Assembly: GCA_005191425.1 (NCBI GenBank)
Contig: SUPR01000006.1
Span: 1-32,000 of the forward strand
Source: Candidatus Helarchaeota ASGARD archaeon Hel_GB_B
GTDB lineage: Archaea > Asgardarchaeota > Lokiarchaeia > Helarchaeales > HEL-GB-B
Reading direction: 5' to 3'
Length of the DNA stretch: 32,000 bases
The translations under genes were made by a program, and so were the position numbers. This document shows, one piece after another, positions 28,222 to 32,000 of this stretch (positions are counted from its first letter, which is position 1; each line of letters opens with the position of its first letter). The notes beneath the pieces are model-generated. The model was given only the letters and a program-made list of their open reading frames with translations, searched no databases and was not told the origin of the DNA.

Positions 28222-28897
28222 CTATTTTATTAAATTCGATATCGTTCGGTTCTTTGACTTAATTAGATAGATAGTAATTGCTATACACGCGAAAATACCA
28301 AACTATATAAATATTATCTCAAAACCAGGAATAGCTGGAGCTCTATTTACACTAGGCCCTATTGATTCTCCAGTAGTAGGCAGTCGGACTAATTCTAAGA
28401 CATCAATCGCTGTGAAATAGTATTTATTAACAGACACTGAAGATAATTTGGTCATATAGAATATTTTTTAAAACAAAATTATTTTTACTACCATTATAAA
28501 GAAATATTGAACTATAAGAATTATTATAGATAGTGTTGTTCATTATCCTTCCATTAACTACATGGTTTAGAACAGTCCCATATTGCGAATTATATATTTT
28601 ACATTTGCGAATTATAAAATATGCATTTGTATAAGAAATCGTAATCCCGTTATTAAGTCCGCCACCATCAATTACCTTATTTTCAATTATATATGGATCT
28701 TATTCTGTCCCAGACCCTGGAAAACCTGAAAAACCTGAATTTCCAATGATTATTATCGGTGGATCTGCATTAATAGAAAAATTATCTTTTGAGTTATTTT
28801 TTGACCCAATTAATAAGTTAGTTTGCTGAAAATAACCTAAAAATGTTAATCCTATTACGATTATAGTAATTATTAAATATACTTTATTTCCTTTCAT
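28222..28897 (-). pseudogene. decayed secreted right-handed beta-helix (NosD-like) surface protein with a Loki-CTERM-type tail
   Basis: Signal/TM, then GFPGSGTE*DPYIIENKVIDGGGLNNGITISYTNAYFIIRKCKIYNS...NNTIYNN across a TAA at 28700-28702. A frame change near 28430-28460 leads to ...APAIPGFEIIFI*FGIFACIAITIYLIKSKNR with a TAG at 28303-28305. Confidence 0.8.
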
Positions 28898-29431
28898 TAA
28901 AATTCAACTTTTTAATGAGTTAAATATTTTCAAATTATTTTAATTGTATTTGATGTATTATTTATTTTTAGTGATTTTTGGAGAATAAATAAAGTATAAA
29001 ATATAGAAATGAATTTCTTAGGATCATTGAATTATAAATTAAATCATTTTAAAATTTCTTTCCTTTTGTTAAATAATATGAATAAAATTATTTCATTATG
29101 ATTGACAATAACATCATTTAAACTAAATGAGGAAAAAGATTATTTATTTTGTTATGTAATCCCAAATGCTATTTTAGCTTGAATTTCTAAAAAAGAATCT
29201 AATCGAAATAAATTATAGGATAATTTTTTTTATTAATTATTATTGCATTTAAAGATATAAAACATATTAAATGACAAATCTAAATAAATTAATAGATGAA
29301 TAGTTTACATATTGTATAATTATGAAAATTTTTTTTTTATGATGAATATAAAAAAAGATAGAGATATGTTTAATAATCAATGAAAAGATAGTGTTAAGAA
29401 TTTAAAAATTAACTAGAAAAAGTCCATAATA

Positions 29432-30676
29432 TTAGGTTATTAAATTAGCAATCCAAGGGATTAAGATATCATCATTTTTTATATAGAATTTTTCTGTATT
29501 TTTATGTATACTTGCGAAGAAAACTAATTTATTGTTTAAAAAGCGTTTGATTATAGTAAGAATTTTTTGTCTATCCAAATTAATATCAATTGAATCAATA
29601 TTTTGAAATCTTCCATAATAAAAGATCTCGATATTTAAATTTGAGAGAAAATTTATTAAATAATTATAAAGGTCATTACATATTTCGTCATTTTCAGCCC
29701 AATATCCTAGTTTTAAACATGAACTGTCCATTAGTAATATATTATTTGTCCCAATTTTTTCAGCTTGCTCCCTTAATATATTATTTATAACAAATTTAAC
29801 ATCTTTATTAGCTATTTGTAAAATAGCGTGGGAAAAAAGATTGAAGATTGTCATGTCATCAAATATAGAGGTGATATAAAATTTAAAATTGAAATTCTCT
29901 TCTTTAATTAGAAATTTTATTTCATTTTTCATTTTTTCTAATTTTAAATTGATTTCACGATTGTCTTTAATATTAGGGTCCATTTTGTGGAAACAGATGA
30001 TAATATATGGTTCTTCACTCAAATAATTGTAAATTTTTAAAATGTTTTTTAGATATTCAAGGTTTTCTCCAAATCTATTAGATTGTACATCAATTACATA
30101 AATAACTACGTTAGTACCCACAAAAACCCGATGTGGCTGATTTAAATATTGGGTTCGATATTTTTTTTGCCCGCCCAAATCCCATAATTGAATATCACAG
30201 TAATTTATATCAAATTTTTCGCGTTCAATTCCTTTTGTTGGTTTTAATAAATTTAATGCTTTTAAAAATTCAATGTAATTTTTTTCGTATTTATTAAAGA
30301 ATCGATTTCTTATTGCTGTTTTTCCTGCATTATCAAGCCCAAATAAGTTTATTTTTTTAATATTTTTATTATGTTTATTATCTATTTGCGAAATTAGTTT
30401 AGCTATAATCACATATCTCTCAAATTCAAATCGGTCTATATTTAATTCATTTGAAATTCTATCAATATCATCAATTTCAAGTTTTAATAAATCTTTGATT
30501 TTAAAGATATGAAAGTTTTCTTGGAGAATTTGAGCGATATTTGGACTTATTTCTTTAATTTCAATAATAGATTTATTTAAAATATCTTCTTTTGACACTT
30601 TTTCTTGTAAAGAAATTTTGAAAAATGAATTTATTCGTTGAAATAAATCATCTGATTTTAATGTATTTAATACCAA
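29432..30676 (-). CDS. HhH-like domain + Rag/Gtr-like small GTPase + roadblock-like C-terminal domain
   Basis: IIEIKEISPNIAQILQENFHIFKIKDL; GLDNAGKT, KPTKG, WDLGGQ, CFHKMD, ITSIFD; C-terminal INNILREQAEKIGTNNILLMD. Confidence 0.8.
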   Translation of the reverse strand: MVLNTLKSDDLFQRINSFFKISLQEKVSKEDILNKSIIEIKEISPNIAQILQENFHIFKIKDLLKLEIDDIDRISNELNIDRFEFERYVIIAKLISQIDNKHNKNIKKINLFGLDNAGKTAIRNRFFNKYEKNYIEFLKALNLLKPTKGIEREKFDINYCDIQLWDLGGQKKYRTQYLNQPHRVFVGTNVVIYVIDVQSNRFGENLEYLKNILKIYNYLSEEPYIIICFHKMDPNIKDNREINLKLEKMKNEIKFLIKEENFNFKFYITSIFDDMTIFNLFSHAILQIANKDVKFVINNILREQAEKIGTNNILLMDSSCLKLGYWAENDEICNDLYNYLINFLSNLNIEIFYYGRFQNIDSIDINLDRQKILTIIKRFLNNKLVFFASIHKNTEKFYIKNDDILIPWIANLIT

Positions 30677-30990
30677 ATGTACACCCTTAGTATATTTTTC
30701 TGGTTTTTGCTATTTTTTAAAAACACATTAAAATTTACTTGGCAATTTCAAATCAAATATTTTTTATTGTCTAAAATATTGCAGATTATTAAAAATAAAT
30801 TATGGCTAATGTTTGGTGAATGTAATAAAAATTAATATTTGGAAATTTTTTAATTTTAGAACATTAAAATCATAATACTAAGATATGAAGATAAATTAAA
30901 ATTAAATAATTTAAAAAAGCAATTTAATAAAAATCCAAAACAAGTTATATTCTTGTATAAATTATTTTTATATTCTTTTCAAAAATTTCA

Positions 30991-31548
30991 TTATTCTAAT
31001 GTAGCATGTCGTCTATTAATATCTTGTTCGGTAATATTTTTTTCGTCCATAATTACTCTGGCTATTGAATCGAAAAAAGCTAATGTTGTAATGTCAAATA
31101 ACGAAGTATATGGGGCTAATATATCATGACCAGAATTTAAATCAGCTTTTGATTTACTTTGAATATTAATTATCAAATCAGAGATTTTTCCAATTGTTGA
31201 TTCAGGATGTGATGTTATCAGAATAATTTTGCCATTTAATTCTTTACTTTTCCTGGCTATGGCTACAGTTGAAGTCGTCTTACCACTACCACTTATTAAT
31301 ATAAGCAAATCATTTGCAATAAATTGAGGAGTAATAGAATCACCGATAAATATCGAATCAAACCCTAAATGCATTAACCGTTGTGCAAATGCTCTTCCTA
31401 TAAATCCAGATCTACCTGCTCCATAAATAAATATTTTTCTCGAATCATAAATATATTTTACAAACTCATTAATATCATGTTCTACTATTTTATCTTTTAT
31501 TTTATTAATATTATCTGCAATCTGTTCCATTGTTTGTTTAAATCGCAT
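30991..31548 (-). CDS. hxlB: 6-phospho-3-hexuloisomerase (SIS domain)
   Basis: IFIYGAGRSGFIGRAFAQRLMHLG, LISGSGKT, APYTSLFD, RHATLE C-terminus. Confidence 0.93.
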   Translation of the reverse strand: MRFKQTMEQIADNINKIKDKIVEHDINEFVKYIYDSRKIFIYGAGRSGFIGRAFAQRLMHLGFDSIFIGDSITPQFIANDLLILISGSGKTTSTVAIARKSKELNGKIILITSHPESTIGKISDLIINIQSKSKADLNSGHDILAPYTSLFDITTLAFFDSIARVIMDEKNITEQDINRRHATLE

Positions 31549-31712
31549 CTAAATACCTCAATTTGATAATTTGATATAAATTAATCACCATAATTTTTAA
31601 TAAAAATTATTTTGTTGAACGATATTACTTTAAATAGAATTTTATTATTTAAATTTCTGATTTTCAAATATTCTATAAAATATTTAAATTAAAATGTTTA
31701 TTCTCATAAATA

Positions 31713-32000
31713 ATGAATAATTTAAAATTTGGTGATTTGATCTTGACTTTGCCAATTATTAAAGAATGTAAAGTTAATATTTTAAAAAGAATGTTATTTC
31801 TAGAAGAAAAATATAATGAGAAAGGTTATATTAGTCCATTTTCACATTATGAAGCGCTTCTTACAGCTTCTAATATAGCCTTTTGGAAAATTGCCAAACG
31901 GGGAGTCATAACACCAGAGGATGTCAGGACAGCAATTTATCAGCTAGAGAAAGCTGGTTTAATAGAAATTATTTCGAGAAATAGTATTAAATTATTAGAG
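31713..32000 (+). CDS. hypothetical protein with a winged-helix-like segment, 3'-truncated at window edge (not in ORF track)
   Basis: Manual translation: MNNLKFGDLILTLPIIKECKVNILKRMLFLEEKYNEKGYISPFSHYEALL...ITPEDVRTAIYQLEKAGLIEIISRNSIKLLE, with no stop codon. Confidence 0.6.
   Translation, partial: MNNLKFGDLILTLPIIKECKVNILKRMLFLEEKYNEKGYISPFSHYEALLTASNIAFWKIAKRGVITPEDVRTAIYQLEKAGLIEIISRNSIKLLE

Noticed and set aside
680-28897. Stop-codon recoding or readthrough as an explanation for the in-frame TAA stops in ilvA and the beta-helix gene
   Set aside because: Many intact genes here end in TAA. The two sites imply different residues (Leu vs Glu), and the beta-helix gene also has a TAG and a frameshift. 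Point mutation or error is simpler.
957-31566. Short overlapping ORFs in the track (e.g. 957, 1411, 4452, 6208, 7421, 8731, 9016, 9737, 10247, 10652, 11338, 11949, 12417, 13315, 14251, 16398, 18958, 19951, 20881, 21965, 22297, 23427, 25230, 26813, 29590, 31381)
   Set aside because: They lie antisense to, or out of frame within, well-supported genes and show no recognisable motifs.
1-32000. tRNA, rRNA, CRISPR arrays, transposases, terminal inverted repeats
   Set aside because: No cloverleaf-like GC-rich segments, regularly spaced repeats or transposase motifs were seen by eye. The long spacers (15523-16104, 28898-29431, 30677-30990) look like plain AT-rich DNA. A tRNAscan/Infernal run would be definitive.

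Overview
Very AT-rich (about 25-30% GC by eye) archaeal window, most likely from an Asgard archaeon (Lokiarchaeia/Helarchaeales-like). That call is inferred from the concentration of eukaryotic-signature proteins: three small GTPases (Arf-like, Rab-like, Rag-like), four longin/uDENN-like domains, and a Loki-CTERM-type IPGF+TM tail. Housekeeping and metabolic genes are also present: ilvA (split by an in-frame TAA), serA, a Nox/CoADR-family flavoprotein, nfi, an enoyl-CoA hydratase-family protein, SCP2, GNAT, TrmB, SDR+AOR, adk, a DUF39 methanogenesis-marker-16-like metalloprotein with a ferredoxin, and phi/hxlB. The most interesting region is a compact convergent four-gene block at 21.5-24.9 kb. 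On the + strand, a catalytically degenerate KaiC-like ATPase precedes a uDENN/longin-Arf fusion carrying an FLCN/SMCR8-like 'ARG' arginine-finger motif. On the - strand, a longin-TackOD1 zinc-ribbon fusion is translationally coupled to a Rab-like GTPase. An HhH-like/Rag-like/roadblock GTPase lies about 4.5 kb further on. Other notable items are a TFE-like / TFB-cyclin-fold / HTH-RHH gene trio, a hydrolase-CPBP membrane fusion, and a decayed beta-helix surface-protein pseudogene. I saw no tRNA, rRNA, CRISPR array or transposase. All family assignments come from motif recognition by eye; no database search was run.
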